From: an uncultured Gemmatimonadota bacterium
GTDB lineage: Bacteria > Blakebacterota > Blakebacteria > Blakebacterales > Blakebacteraceae
DNA length: 63,425 nucleotides
Direction: 5' to 3'
Assembly (NCBI GenBank): GCA_964576115.1
Contig: CAZNUA010000020.1
Location: forward strand, 1-63,425
The translations under genes and the position numbers were made by a program. The notes under the pieces were generated by a model. The model was not told the DNA's origin. It worked only from the letters and a program-made list of their open reading frames with translations, and did not search any database. Below are positions 17,557 through 27,699 of the stretch, piece after piece. How positions within the stretch are numbered: the first letter of the stretch is position 1; each line of letters opens with the position of its first letter.

Positions 17557-19470
17557 GTGGAAGCTCAGGCCTTTCTGGTCGAATTCGCCCGGGCAGTGCA
17601 GCGGTGGGGGATGTACCCGGCCGGTCACCCCGCCGTTGTGTCGATGGCCGAGTCCGTCACGGCCCAGGCGGGCGAATATCTGGCCGCCCACCCCTCTCTC
17701 TCGATCCGCATCGATAGCAACCACCTGACCGTCGAAGATGTCGAAACCGATCCCGAGCAGGCTCTTTTTCGCGGTCTCTCCCGCCGGCTCTACCGGCATT
17801 TTCTTTACAACCTGACCTTCGAACGGGGGTTGCAAGCCACCGAACTGACCGACTTCATATCGGCCGTGTCGGTCTCGCCCGGCCCCCTGGCCGAACCGCT
17901 CGGCAATGCCGGCAAGGACCTGGACGGCCGCTGGCCGCATATCCGTATCGAACTGATCCCCTTTGAATCGCTCGCCCTGGCCCGGGAGTGTCCCGAGGAT
18001 GACGACACCTACTGGGCCGGCGAAGCCGAGTCGCAGGCAGCGCTCGCACAGGCTCAGCAACAGCTCGCCGATCTCAACCTGCCCAAGCTCTCGGAAGTAC
18101 TGCGCGGGGCCGATACGAGCGACCCCGGCGCACTGCATGAAGGTATCTCCCGCCTGGTCCTGGACATGGAGCCCGGCACCTTGCAGCGGTTGATGCTCAG
18201 TCTGCCCGATTCGTACCGGCGAAGCGCCGCCCAGACGGCGGTGGAGCAATCGATCCAGGAAATCATCGAAGCCGCCGATGAGGGCCAGGGAGGTAACGCC
18301 AGCCAGGCCCTGCTACGGTTGCTGGTCAAACTGGCCCTGCTGACCGAGACTGACGAGGAATGCCCCGAGACCGATGAGGAATCGGACGCCATGCTGGCCG
18401 CCCTGCTGCAGCGGATGGGATCAGGCTGGGATATCGAGGATCCGAACCCTCAGGAATACGAGGAAACGCTCCGCAGTTTCGACCGGACTGCCCGGGAGTT
18501 TGCCGGCGATATCGAGTGGGAAGACGACCCCGATAACGAGCGGATCGTCCAGATCAGTCTCGAGATCGACGAAACCGCCCCTCCCACCCTCAAGGCAACG
18601 GCCAATCTGATCAGTGGGGGCCGTACCGGGGGACTGATGGACATCCTGGACAATTCCCCCGAAAATACTACTGCCACCGAAGCGCTCTGGAAGCGGGTCG
18701 ACCGCCGGGAAACCGTCAACCATCTGCTGAACTACCGGCCGGTCGATTATCCGACCCTGGACCGGATGATCGCCCGGATCTGGCTGGAATCGGCCGGACC
18801 GATGCTCGACAGCCTGCTCGAAAGTGAATCGCGCTCCGAGCGTTTCACCCTTCTCGAACTGTTGAGCCGGATCGGGCCCGAGCTCGGGCCCCTGATCGTG
18901 GAGCGCCTCGACGACTCCCGCTGGTACCGGACCCGGAATCTGCTGACTCTCATCGGATGCCTGCCCGACCTGCCCGAGGGATTCTCACTGGTTCCTTACC
19001 TGGAGCATTCCGAACCGCGGGTACGCCGTGAAGCTTTCGCGATCGCCCTGAATCGGGCGCAGGGCCGTGTGCAGGCCATCCTGCGCGCCCTCGATGACGA
19101 CGATCACCTGGTCGTCGAGAGGGCTCTGGAAAGCTCCCGCCGGTCCTGCCCGGCTGAAGCGGTACCTTTCATCATCACCCTGATCCACAATCCCGACACC
19201 TACACCCGCCTCAGAATCCTGGGCATCCGGGCACTGGCCGGCAGCCGCTCGCGTCAGTGCTACGACGCTCTGCTCTCCCTGGTTCAGGTACGCAAGTTTC
19301 TCTTCTGGAACGGTCTGGCTCCGAAGTCGGCTATCATGCTCGAAGCCCTGGCCGTGATCTCCCGTTCGTGGCGGTCCGAACCGCAGGCACGATCCCTTCT
19401 GGCGGAAGCCCTGCGTTCGCCCGATTCCCAGATCCGGGCCGTGGCCCGCCCACCGGAGGACTACTCGTGA
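17557..19470 (+). CDS. HEAT-repeat protein
   Basis: N-terminal MYPAGHP domain; C-terminal HEAT-like units (LDDSRWYRTRN, HSEPRVRREA, ALDDDDHLV, SPDSQIRAVA); start uncertain. Confidence 0.78.
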   Translation: MEAQAFLVEFARAVQRWGMYPAGHPAVVSMAESVTAQAGEYLAAHPSLSIRIDSNHLTVEDVETDPEQALFRGLSRRLYRHFLYNLTFERGLQATELTDFISAVSVSPGPLAEPLGNAGKDLDGRWPHIRIELIPFESLALARECPEDDDTYWAGEAESQAALAQAQQQLADLNLPKLSEVLRGADTSDPGALHEGISRLVLDMEPGTLQRLMLSLPDSYRRSAAQTAVEQSIQEIIEAADEGQGGNASQALLRLLVKLALLTETDEECPETDEESDAMLAALLQRMGSGWDIEDPNPQEYEETLRSFDRTAREFAGDIEWEDDPDNERIVQISLEIDETAPPTLKATANLISGGRTGGLMDILDNSPENTTATEALWKRVDRRETVNHLLNYRPVDYPTLDRMIARIWLESAGPMLDSLLESESRSERFTLLELLSRIGPELGPLIVERLDDSRWYRTRNLLTLIGCLPDLPEGFSLVPYLEHSEPRVRREAFAIALNRAQGRVQAILRALDDDDHLVVERALESSRRSCPAEAVPFIITLIHNPDTYTRLRILGIRALAGSRSRQCYDALLSLVQVRKFLFWNGLAPKSAIMLEALAVISRSWRSEPQARSLLAEALRSPDSQIRAVARPPEDYS

Positions 19471-20684
19471 ACCCGGCGGTCACATTCCTGAACCGACTGG
19501 CGAACGCCTTCTCGGTCATGGCCCTGTATTCAGAGGGGCACCCGGCACGCGAGCGCGCTCTCGAGGAGGCCGCCGACTCTCTGCAGACTCTGTTGCAGAC
19601 CGATCCCGAGCCGACGTTCAGTTTTCTCGAAGAGGATGTCATCTACCGCGACCGGCCGCTGCCGGAGATGAGGAACTGGACCCTGGGCCGGCATCTGGCC
19701 CGGCGCAGCATCGAGCGGCTCGAGGTCAGTCTCGGGGTGGACAGGCGCGAATTCCGCGCCTTCCTCGAGGAAGCGGCTCGTCAGTTGAGCCGCCCCCCCG
19801 ACGCGCTGGCCGCCGATCCGATCCGGTTCCCGCATCTGAGCTTCGGGCGTCTCGAAACCGGCGAAGGGACCGGCGAAGAGGTTACCCCTTTCGATCTCGA
19901 GGCCGAGTCCTCAAAAGTCGAGATGCTCGAGGAAGATGCACTCATCAAGGGTCGCGTCTCGGCGGTTCTGGCCCGGGCGGTCGTACAGACCCTCTCGACC
20001 GCCATGCGCTACACCCGCAAGGTAGTGGTCCCGCTCCTCTCACTGAAAGACGTTGATCAGTACAGCACCATCCACTCGATGAACACCTCGATGCTGGCGA
20101 TGGCGGTGGGCGAGTTCCTGCGCCTGCCCGCACCCCGGATCCGGCTGATCGGCGAGGCCGCCCTGCTGCACGATATGGGCAAGGTGACGATCCCCGACGA
20201 GATCCTCAACAAGCCGGGAAAGCCGACTGACGAGGAGTGGGAAATCATCAGGCGACACCCGGTCGAAGGCGCCCGCATCCTGCTGCGTTCCGGCGGCGAC
20301 CTGGAACTGGCGGTGATCGCGGCCTACGAACACCATCTCAAATGGAACGGGGAAGGATACCCTCAACCACATTATCCCCGCCGGCCCCACCGGATCGCCC
20401 AGCTCGTTCAGCTCTGCGATACCTATGACGCCATGCGCACCCAGCGTCCCCACCAGGGTTCGATCCCGCACGACCGGATCATGGAGGTTCTCAAGACCGG
20501 AGTCGGGACCGATTTCAATCCCGCCCTGACCCGCGTCTTCCTGCAGATGATGCAGCGGTGGTCATCCCAGATCGTGGAAGTGGGCGGAACGGATCGGGAA
20601 GAACGACCGCAACCGGCGCCGGATCCGGAACCCTCTCCCCGACCACAGGAATCCCCCGGACCGGCTTCGGATCTGTTGCTCTGA
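19467..20684 (+). CDS. HD-GYP domain protein (putative cyclic-dinucleotide phosphodiesterase)
   Basis: HS...LLHDMGK...ILNKPGK...HPVEGA...EHHLKWNGEGYP...DTYDAM; GTGA overlap with the HEAT gene. Confidence 0.9.
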   Translation: MNPAVTFLNRLANAFSVMALYSEGHPARERALEEAADSLQTLLQTDPEPTFSFLEEDVIYRDRPLPEMRNWTLGRHLARRSIERLEVSLGVDRREFRAFLEEAARQLSRPPDALAADPIRFPHLSFGRLETGEGTGEEVTPFDLEAESSKVEMLEEDALIKGRVSAVLARAVVQTLSTAMRYTRKVVVPLLSLKDVDQYSTIHSMNTSMLAMAVGEFLRLPAPRIRLIGEAALLHDMGKVTIPDEILNKPGKPTDEEWEIIRRHPVEGARILLRSGGDLELAVIAAYEHHLKWNGEGYPQPHYPRRPHRIAQLVQLCDTYDAMRTQRPHQGSIPHDRIMEVLKTGVGTDFNPALTRVFLQMMQRWSSQIVEVGGTDREERPQPAPDPEPSPRPQESPGPASDLLL

Positions 20685-20716
20685 GTTTAATCCGGTATTG
20701 GTGCGAAACGGCGTAC

Positions 20717-22600
20717 TCAGCTCTCGGGCGTGGCGGCAAGCACCTGTTCCAGCGTGGTCATCCCCTCGGCGGCCTTCTGCAATCCGTCGCTGCGCAGTGA
20801 TGTGCTGACGCCCTGTTTGCGAAGATAGTTCCGGATCTCCTCGCCCGACGCCCGCCCGAGAACCATCCGGTGGATCTCTTCATCGGGGACCAGCAATTCG
20901 AAGATCCCGATGCGCCCGCTGTAGCCGGTGTTCTGGCAGGACCGGCATCCATGGGCGTTGTAGAGAACCGTACCGGCGGGCAGACCCAGACGTTCCAGCA
21001 GTTCGGCGGGCGGTTCGTACTGCTCGCGGCAGCGCATACAGAGCTTGCGGAGCAGGCGCTGGGCCAGGATCCCGATGATGGTCGAGGAGAGCAGGTAGGG
21101 TTCGATCCCCATATCCATCAAACGCGTGTAGGCGGTCGCGGCCTCGTTGGTGTGCAGGGTCGAAAACACGAGGTGGCCGGTCAGGGCCGCCTGGATTGCC
21201 ATCTCGCAGGTTTCCCGGTCCCGCATCTCCCCCACCATGATGACATCGGGATCCTGGCGCAGAATGGCCCGCAATCCGTCGGCAAACGCGAAGCCGGCCC
21301 GCGGATTGATTTGCGCCTGGCTGATACCGTCGAGGTAGAACTCGACCGGGTCTTCCATCGTGACGATGTTCCGGGCGATATCATCGATGCGCTGCAGAGC
21401 GCAGTACAGGGTCGAACTCTTCCCGCTGCCCGTCGGTCCGGTCACCAGGATGATCCCGTTGGGCTGCCGGATGAGCTCATCGAATCCTATCAGCATATCG
21501 GGCGTGAACCCGAGGTCACCGATCTCCAGCTTGCCCGAATCGGGATCGAGAATCCGCATAACGACTTTCTCGTTGACACCCCGGTTGCGGGTAATGGTGG
21601 GAAAGGAGGAGACCCGGATGTCGATCATCCGGCCCTCGTGACGCACCTGGAAACGGCCGTCTTGAGGCCGGCGCCGCTCGGCGATATCCATGCCCGCCAT
21701 AATTTTGAGTCGCGAGGTAATCTGGGCCCGCAGGGGAAGCGGGATTGGATTGCGTTCAACCAATATGCCGTCGATCCGGTAGCGGAGTCGCACGTGGTTG
21801 ATCAGCGGTTCGATATGGATATCCGAAGCCCGTTCCACGATCGCCTGGGTCACGATGGCATTGACCACTTTGACGACCTGGGCGCCATCCTCGGCCGTCA
21901 GTTTCTCGGATTCTTCCACCTCCCGGACGACATCGAGCTCCTGATGGTTCATATCTTCCAGAAGCTCTGTCATCTCGGCTACATGAGAAGCATAGGTGCG
22001 TTCGATAGCTGCCTGGATGCTTTTTTCCGAAGCTATCACCGGCTCGATCTCCTTGCCGGTTTTGAACTTCAGGATATCGAGCACCCGCAGGTTGGAGGGA
22101 TTGGCCATGGCCACGGTGAGGATCCCGTTGGTCTCGTACAGCGGCATTACCCTGTGCTGCCGGGCCATTGCTTCGGGCAGAATTTTCACCAGCCTCTGAT
22201 CGAAACTGAAGTGGTCCAGGACGACATGCTGGATATCGAGCTGGGCTGCGAGGACATCTACCAGCTTTTCATCCGGTATGAATCCGAGCTTGATGAGGCA
22301 GCGGCCGAGCCGTTCGTCCGAGCGGGCCTGTTCCTGGAGTCCCTCCTCGAGCTGTTCGGCGGTGATCAGTTCCTGGTCGATGAGGATTTCACCCAGCGGC
22401 TTACGCTGGCTGATCTGGATCTGTTCGCCCAGTACACTGGTCAGATCGTCCTGACTGATATGCCCGAGATTGACCAGCACGGTTCCCAGACTGGTACCGG
22501 TACGGCGATGCTCTTCCAGTCCCTGGGCAAGCTGCCGATTGGTAATGAGATCCTGAGCGATCAGAATCTCCCCCAGTTTTTTCCAGCGTCGTTGTTCCAT
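20717..22600 (-). CDS. PilB/GspE family secretion ATPase with duplicated MshEN-like N-terminus
   Basis: ASDIHIEP, GPTGSGKSST Walker A, EDPVE, LRQDPDVIMVGE, STLHTN, CxxC zinc motifs. Confidence 0.93.
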   Translation of the reverse strand: MEQRRWKKLGEILIAQDLITNRQLAQGLEEHRRTGTSLGTVLVNLGHISQDDLTSVLGEQIQISQRKPLGEILIDQELITAEQLEEGLQEQARSDERLGRCLIKLGFIPDEKLVDVLAAQLDIQHVVLDHFSFDQRLVKILPEAMARQHRVMPLYETNGILTVAMANPSNLRVLDILKFKTGKEIEPVIASEKSIQAAIERTYASHVAEMTELLEDMNHQELDVVREVEESEKLTAEDGAQVVKVVNAIVTQAIVERASDIHIEPLINHVRLRYRIDGILVERNPIPLPLRAQITSRLKIMAGMDIAERRRPQDGRFQVRHEGRMIDIRVSSFPTITRNRGVNEKVVMRILDPDSGKLEIGDLGFTPDMLIGFDELIRQPNGIILVTGPTGSGKSSTLYCALQRIDDIARNIVTMEDPVEFYLDGISQAQINPRAGFAFADGLRAILRQDPDVIMVGEMRDRETCEMAIQAALTGHLVFSTLHTNEAATAYTRLMDMGIEPYLLSSTIIGILAQRLLRKLCMRCREQYEPPAELLERLGLPAGTVLYNAHGCRSCQNTGYSGRIGIFELLVPDEEIHRMVLGRASGEEIRNYLRKQGVSTSLRSDGLQKAAEGMTTLEQVLAATPES

Positions 22601-22753
22601 TGACCCCTCGATGCCTGCCGGAATGGGTATTCTTCTTCCCGCAGCGGATACCCTGCCTCCCACAGCGGATATCCGTCGACCGGAATGTACTCCCGTCAGC
22701 CGGAAGATGTTACGCCTTCCCGTATTCGGTGGTAAACCTCGAAAACGGAGGGA

Positions 22754-23227
22754 CTAGATTTCGCCGGTATAGGCCAGGGTGAAGAAACGATTGATGCCGG
22801 CACAGACCTCGACAAAGGGCGTGAGGCGGGTGAGTCGGGGCTGATAGCGTACGACCAGGTGCGCGGTCAGCAGATTGTAGGTGTACTTGTTGTATTCCCG
22901 TGTCGCAGTCTCATACTCTGGCAGACTCTGGCTGGGGTCTGACCCGAACCTGTTCATCGCCACCCGGGCTCCAAGACTGAAGCCGGTCCCGCGCAGCAGC
23001 CAGGCACCGTAGAACGAGGCTCCCCAGGTCTTCCGTTCGAGTTCGGTTCCCAAAGCGCCGATCGGAGTGCCATTCTCGACGGTGAGTTGGAACTCGGCCC
23101 CATGTTGGCCGCGAGCGCTGACCGGAAGACTCAGGGTTAATCCCAGGCAGTAGAGACCGGTGATGACGGCCGTCCGCACCGTCCCTGCGTTCAGTGCCGA
23201 CGATCCGGGTACCAGAATGCTGTTCAT
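22754..23227 (-). CDS. Hypothetical outer-membrane beta-barrel-like protein, probably truncated; in frame with upstream HEPN ORF
   Basis: Own GGAGG RBS and ATG (MNSILV), signal-like segment, alternating aromatic strands, LTPFVEVCAG; abrupt end. Confidence 0.45.
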   Translation of the reverse strand: MNSILVPGSSALNAGTVRTAVITGLYCLGLTLSLPVSARGQHGAEFQLTVENGTPIGALGTELERKTWGASFYGAWLLRGTGFSLGARVAMNRFGSDPSQSLPEYETATREYNKYTYNLLTAHLVVRYQPRLTRLTPFVEVCAGINRFFTLAYTGEI

Positions 23228-23299
23228 GACGCGTTCCTCCTGCCGCCCCTCTCTGGTGATCCCCTCTCTGCGCCGGGCACGAACATCATGGATACCTCT

Positions 23300-23641
23300 T
23301 CTATTCTGAACGTTCTGAAGTTCCTGCAGGATCTCCCTGATCTGTGGGAGCCGGTTTCTGATCACATCCCAGACGATTTCGTCATCCACCCCGAAATAAT
23401 CGTGGATCAGATGATCGCGCATCTTCGCCATGAGGGCCCATTCGATCCCGGGAGCCTGCGATCTGATCTCATCGGGTACCCGTCTGGCCGCCTCGCCGAT
23501 GATGGTCAGACTGCACACGCTGGCCCTGGTCAGCACGTCATCGGCGATGAAGCCGGCCTCGGTCAGCTTGGTGCACTGCTGTTCGAGGAAGACGATCTCC
23601 CGGAGAATATGCTCGATATACGCTCTACCCGAGATCGGCAT
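23300..23641 (-). CDS. HEPN/DUF86 (HepT-like) ribonuclease toxin; no stop before the next gene, 3' boundary approximate
   Basis: IIGEAARRVP, IEW, MRDHLIHDYFGVD (RX4HXY), IVWDVI. Confidence 0.85.
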
Positions 23642-24233
23642 ACTCGGCCTCCTCGAGGATCGCCGGTCCGAGCGGCGGGGTGAGGGATTGCGGTGTCACG
23701 AGTTCGACCCGCCGCCCGAAGAGTTCTTCGAGCCAGGCAGCGAGGGTCATGAACCGATCGAAGGTTTTTTCTCCCGGCCGGAAGACAGCCAGCAGGTCGA
23801 GGTCGCTGGCTGCTGTCGCCTGTCCGGTTTGTAGGGAGCCGAAGAGTCCGATCCTCTCGATCCCGAGCGCCCGCAGGACCGAACGATGCCGGTGCAAGGT
23901 CGAGAGAATGGACTCGCGCGTGAGCGCATTCGCTGCCGTCTGGACGGGACCGGTCTCAAGAGCGGCTCTCAGGGGCTCTCTCACCCCGTTCGCAATCGGT
24001 TCGGGCGTGGGGTAGCCCTCCGAACCCCCAGACCTCATTCCGAGGGCGCGGGCGGCAAGTTCGTTTACGATTTCGGAGATCGAGCTGTCCCTGCGGGCGG
24101 CCTCCAGGCGCAGTTGGGCGTGAACGTCAGGCTCGAAGTAGATCGTGGCCCGTTTTGATTTGCGCAGGGCAAAGGAGCGATCCTCGAGCCGAACGGGTTT
24201 CTTTCCCTGTGCTTGGCCAGTTGGCATCAACAT
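23625..24233 (-). CDS. MNT nucleotidyltransferase antitoxin with N-terminal ribbon-helix-helix domain
   Basis: KRATIYFEPDVHAQLRLEAA..SISEIV (RHH); GLFGS...SDLDLL (GSX10DXD); LFGRRVELVT; AGGAGG RBS. Confidence 0.85.
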   Translation of the reverse strand: MLMPTGQAQGKKPVRLEDRSFALRKSKRATIYFEPDVHAQLRLEAARRDSSISEIVNELAARALGMRSGGSEGYPTPEPIANGVREPLRAALETGPVQTAANALTRESILSTLHRHRSVLRALGIERIGLFGSLQTGQATAASDLDLLAVFRPGEKTFDRFMTLAAWLEELFGRRVELVTPQSLTPPLGPAILEEAEYADLG

Positions 24234-24342
24234 GCCTCCTGTCACGGGTACCGCGATTATCCCGTTAACTCTGTCAGGTTGCGTTTCTGCTGCTTCCTGG
24301 TTCGCTCGTTTTGCCGTTCTGCAATCTCTGTACGAGCAATAA

Positions 24343-24374
24343 TAACGTTATAACGTTATAACGTCATTACGTCA
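24343..24374. promoter_or_regulatory. Four tandem 8-bp units, candidate RHH operator
   Basis: TAACGTTA TAACGTTA TAACGTCA TTACGTCA in an AT-rich patch upstream of the RHH-MNT gene. Confidence 0.6.
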
Positions 24375-24500
24375 GAGCGGGTGAGCGACACCTTTTCCCA
24401 CCGCGCTGCGTATCACGGACTGCGCCGAACCGGCCGTCCGGTGCCACACCCGTATAGGATCCCGGCCTGGTGGGGAGCCGGATAACATCAGGAGTCTCCC

Positions 24501-26042
24501 ATGTATTGCCTTTCCCTGCGTCTGGTATGCGTCTGCCTTTTTCTCGTCACTCTTCGCTCACTCCTGTCGGCGCAGAGCGAGGCCCAGTCGCCCGAGTCGC
24601 TCCCGACCCGGACCATTTCGCCTGTCCCCGATCTCTATGCTGCTGCAGAAGAAGCCGTCACCGGGCCCGAGGATCACTCCCTGGCCGCCCGGGCCGTCTA
24701 TACCGTGCGCAACGACGGCGAGGAACCGCTGCACATTCTTTCACTCTATCTGCGCCACCCCCTGCGCTTTACCGAAGTGACCGTGGGAGACCGCCCTGCC
24801 CGGGGCCGAATGTCACCCGGCACCCTGGGCGGCCTGCCCGCGGCCCGGCTCGAACTGGAACTTGTCACTCCCCTCCCACCGGGTCAGAGCCGGCAGATCG
24901 CTTACGCCTGGACGACCTCCTACGCCCGCCACCCCTTCGGCCGCAAGCCGATCGGTTTCGCCCCCGAGCGGGGCTTTATTCTGTGCGAGTCGGGCTGGTA
25001 CCCGCACACCTCGACCACTTTCAGCATGTTCAGCTACCAGATGGAGATCGCCGCTCCCCCCGGCTGCCTGGCCCTGACCTCGGGCGAGCTCGCCGACCGG
25101 CGGTCTTCCGCTACAGGTGAGGTTTTCTCCTATGACTGCGCGATCCCGAGTCTGCCCTACCTGGTCTGGGGCCGCTACCGGATCAGCACCGCCGAAATCG
25201 GTGGTGCCCGGGTCGAGATCTGGACGCCCTCTTCGGGCGCGATCGAACCCGAACCGATGCGGGCCTGCCTGGCCGAGGTTCTCGCTCTCTACGACCGGCT
25301 CCTGCCTCCCACGGTCGTGACCGGACACCGGATCGTGGCTGTCACCCGTTTCGGCGGGTACGGGCCGGCCGGCACCCTGCTGCTGCAGGACACCTATTTC
25401 GACCCCGAGGCCCTGACCCGGGCCGAGAGTGTCGACCTGGTAGCCCACGAACTGGCCCACAGCTGGGTCAACGCGATCGCCCGTCCGGCGGGCGACCTCA
25501 TGCTCAGCCTCTCGGAGGGGATCGCCACCTTCTTCGGCGCCCGGGCGGTCGAGGAGGTCGTGGGTTCCGAGGCAGCCCGAGAGATCTGGGCCGGGCGCCG
25601 TGACGAATATCAGCCCCTGTTCAGGCGTACGGTGGCCCCCATCGAGCTGACCGAGCGGATCCAGCACGCCGACAACGCCATGTTCCGGGCTGTGACCTAC
25701 ACGAAGAGCTGTTTCTTTCTCCGCGAGATGGAAACCCTGCTCGGGGAAGAGGCTTTCTTCGCCGCCCTACACGCAGCTCTCGAGGACCACCGGGGCGGAG
25801 AATTCACCTTCGACGATCTCGCCGCCGCCCTGGCCCGGACGGGCGGCGAGGAAGTGCGGGAGTGCTACCGGCGGTATGCAGAGGAACGTGATCTGCCCGA
25901 TTATGTCGTGCTCCCCACCGCCGACGAGCCCGGAACCGGCTCGCTGGTGCTGGAGAACCGGGGCGCCCCCTGCCCCGTGCCGGTCCGGGTCGTGGGCTGC
26001 GAGGCCGACGTCTGGAAGATCGTGATCTTCAGCATCAACTGA
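24501..26042 (+). CDS. M1 family zinc aminopeptidase, exported
   Basis: AHELAHSW...SEGIATF (HEXXH plus distal E), YTKS, signal peptide, AGGAG RBS. Confidence 0.85.
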   Translation: MYCLSLRLVCVCLFLVTLRSLLSAQSEAQSPESLPTRTISPVPDLYAAAEEAVTGPEDHSLAARAVYTVRNDGEEPLHILSLYLRHPLRFTEVTVGDRPARGRMSPGTLGGLPAARLELELVTPLPPGQSRQIAYAWTTSYARHPFGRKPIGFAPERGFILCESGWYPHTSTTFSMFSYQMEIAAPPGCLALTSGELADRRSSATGEVFSYDCAIPSLPYLVWGRYRISTAEIGGARVEIWTPSSGAIEPEPMRACLAEVLALYDRLLPPTVVTGHRIVAVTRFGGYGPAGTLLLQDTYFDPEALTRAESVDLVAHELAHSWVNAIARPAGDLMLSLSEGIATFFGARAVEEVVGSEAAREIWAGRRDEYQPLFRRTVAPIELTERIQHADNAMFRAVTYTKSCFFLREMETLLGEEAFFAALHAALEDHRGGEFTFDDLAAALARTGGEEVRECYRRYAEERDLPDYVVLPTADEPGTGSLVLENRGAPCPVPVRVVGCEADVWKIVIFSIN

Positions 26043-26106
26043 ACTCGGCGCAGCTGTCCACGGAGGATTCGATACCGCCCGCAATGTGCGGTATGATGGG
26101 GCGGCT

Positions 26107-27618
26107 ATGGCCAAGACAAAACGCACCCGTCGCGTCACCCGCCCCACGGTGGTCTTCGTGGCTTCCGAAGCCTATCCCTACTGCAAGACCGGGGGACTGG
26201 CCGATGTCACCGGGGCTCTCGGCCGCGAGCTGGTCGAGTTGGGCTGCCGGGTTCTGCTCATCCTGCCCAAGTACTACCAGATCCCCGAGGAGATGATCCG
26301 CCCGACCTCACGGGTCATCAGGGTTCCGGTCGGCCACCACCCGGTGCAGGCCCGCATCTGGGAAGGGCGCGCGGTGCGGGGGGTCGAAACGTACCTGCTC
26401 GACATCCCCGCTTTCTATGACCGGGCCTCGCTCTACGGCGAGAAGGGCCAGGATTATGCCGACAACTGCGCCCGCTTCGCGGCCCTGAGCCGGGGCGCGC
26501 TCGAACTGGTCAAAAAACTGCGCATCCGGCCCCACATCATGCACGCCCATGACTGGCAAACCGCCTTGGTGCCCCTGTACCTGAAGAGTCTCTATCGGCG
26601 CGATCCCCACTTCGCCGGCACCCGTTCGGTCTTCACCATTCACAACCTCTCTTACCAGGGGCGCTTCGAACTCGATGCCTTCGCCCAGACCGGTCTGCCG
26701 AAAACCTACCTTTCGCCCCGCTACCTCGAGTACTTCGGGGAACTGCGCCTGCTCAAGGGAGGTCTTGTCGCAGCCGACTGGATCACGACCGTGAGTCCGA
26801 CCTACGAAAAAGAGATCCGGACCGAAGCCTTCGGGTGCGGTCTGGACGGGGTGATCCGCAGCCGGGCTGCCAACCTGACCGGTATCCTGAACGGTATCGA
26901 CGTCACCGAATGGGATCCGACCCGGGACGAGTTGATCCCCGCCCGCTACTCGACTGACGATCTGCACGGCAAGAGTGTGTGCAAGCGGGCCCTGCAGCGC
27001 GAGATGGGTCTGCGTCCCGAAACCGGGCGGCCCCTGATCGGCCTGATGAGCCGGCTGGTGGAACAGAAGGGGATCGCCCAGGCGGTCGCCACCATCCCCT
27101 GGCTGGCCGAGGCGGGTGCTGCTGTCGCCGTGCTGGGAGAGGGCGATCCGGCCTATGAGCTCGAAATCTCCCGGCTGGCTACCCGCTGGCCCGACCGCAT
27201 CGCCATTCGCATCGGCTACAACAACGAGCTGGCCCACCTGATGCAGGCCGGGATCGACTACCTGATCATGCCTTCGATCTTCGAGCCCTGCGGGTTGGTC
27301 CAGATGTATGCCCTGCGGTACGGCTCGATCCCGGTGGTGCGGGGCGTAGGCGGTCTGGCCGACACGGTCACCGATTACACCGCCGAACCAGACCGGGGTA
27401 CCGGTTTTATTTTCCACTCGGCCGCACCCGGTTCGCTACAGGCGGCCGTACACCGGGCCATGAGTGTCTACCGCCACCGGCGGATCTGGCCCGGCCTGCG
27501 CCGGCGGGGCATGCGGCAGGACTTCAGCTGGCGTCCCTCGGCCGAGCGCTACCTCGACCTCTACCGGCAGGTGGTCATGGCCCCCCGCACCCCGATCAAA
27601 CGGAATTCTTCGGACTGA
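26107..27618 (+). CDS. glgA: Glycogen synthase
   Basis: KTGGLADV, HAHDWQT, TIHNL, GILNGID, SRLVEQKG, FEPCGL, GGLADTV. Confidence 0.96.
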   Translation: MAKTKRTRRVTRPTVVFVASEAYPYCKTGGLADVTGALGRELVELGCRVLLILPKYYQIPEEMIRPTSRVIRVPVGHHPVQARIWEGRAVRGVETYLLDIPAFYDRASLYGEKGQDYADNCARFAALSRGALELVKKLRIRPHIMHAHDWQTALVPLYLKSLYRRDPHFAGTRSVFTIHNLSYQGRFELDAFAQTGLPKTYLSPRYLEYFGELRLLKGGLVAADWITTVSPTYEKEIRTEAFGCGLDGVIRSRAANLTGILNGIDVTEWDPTRDELIPARYSTDDLHGKSVCKRALQREMGLRPETGRPLIGLMSRLVEQKGIAQAVATIPWLAEAGAAVAVLGEGDPAYELEISRLATRWPDRIAIRIGYNNELAHLMQAGIDYLIMPSIFEPCGLVQMYALRYGSIPVVRGVGGLADTVTDYTAEPDRGTGFIFHSAAPGSLQAAVHRAMSVYRHRRIWPGLRRRGMRQDFSWRPSAERYLDLYRQVVMAPRTPIKRNSSD

Positions 27619-27699
27619 GCCCGCTCGTCGGTCCCGACCCGCGAGCCCGGTTCGAAAATCCCCCTCATCCAGCGGGAAACAAGACGTCTGCGGATGGCA

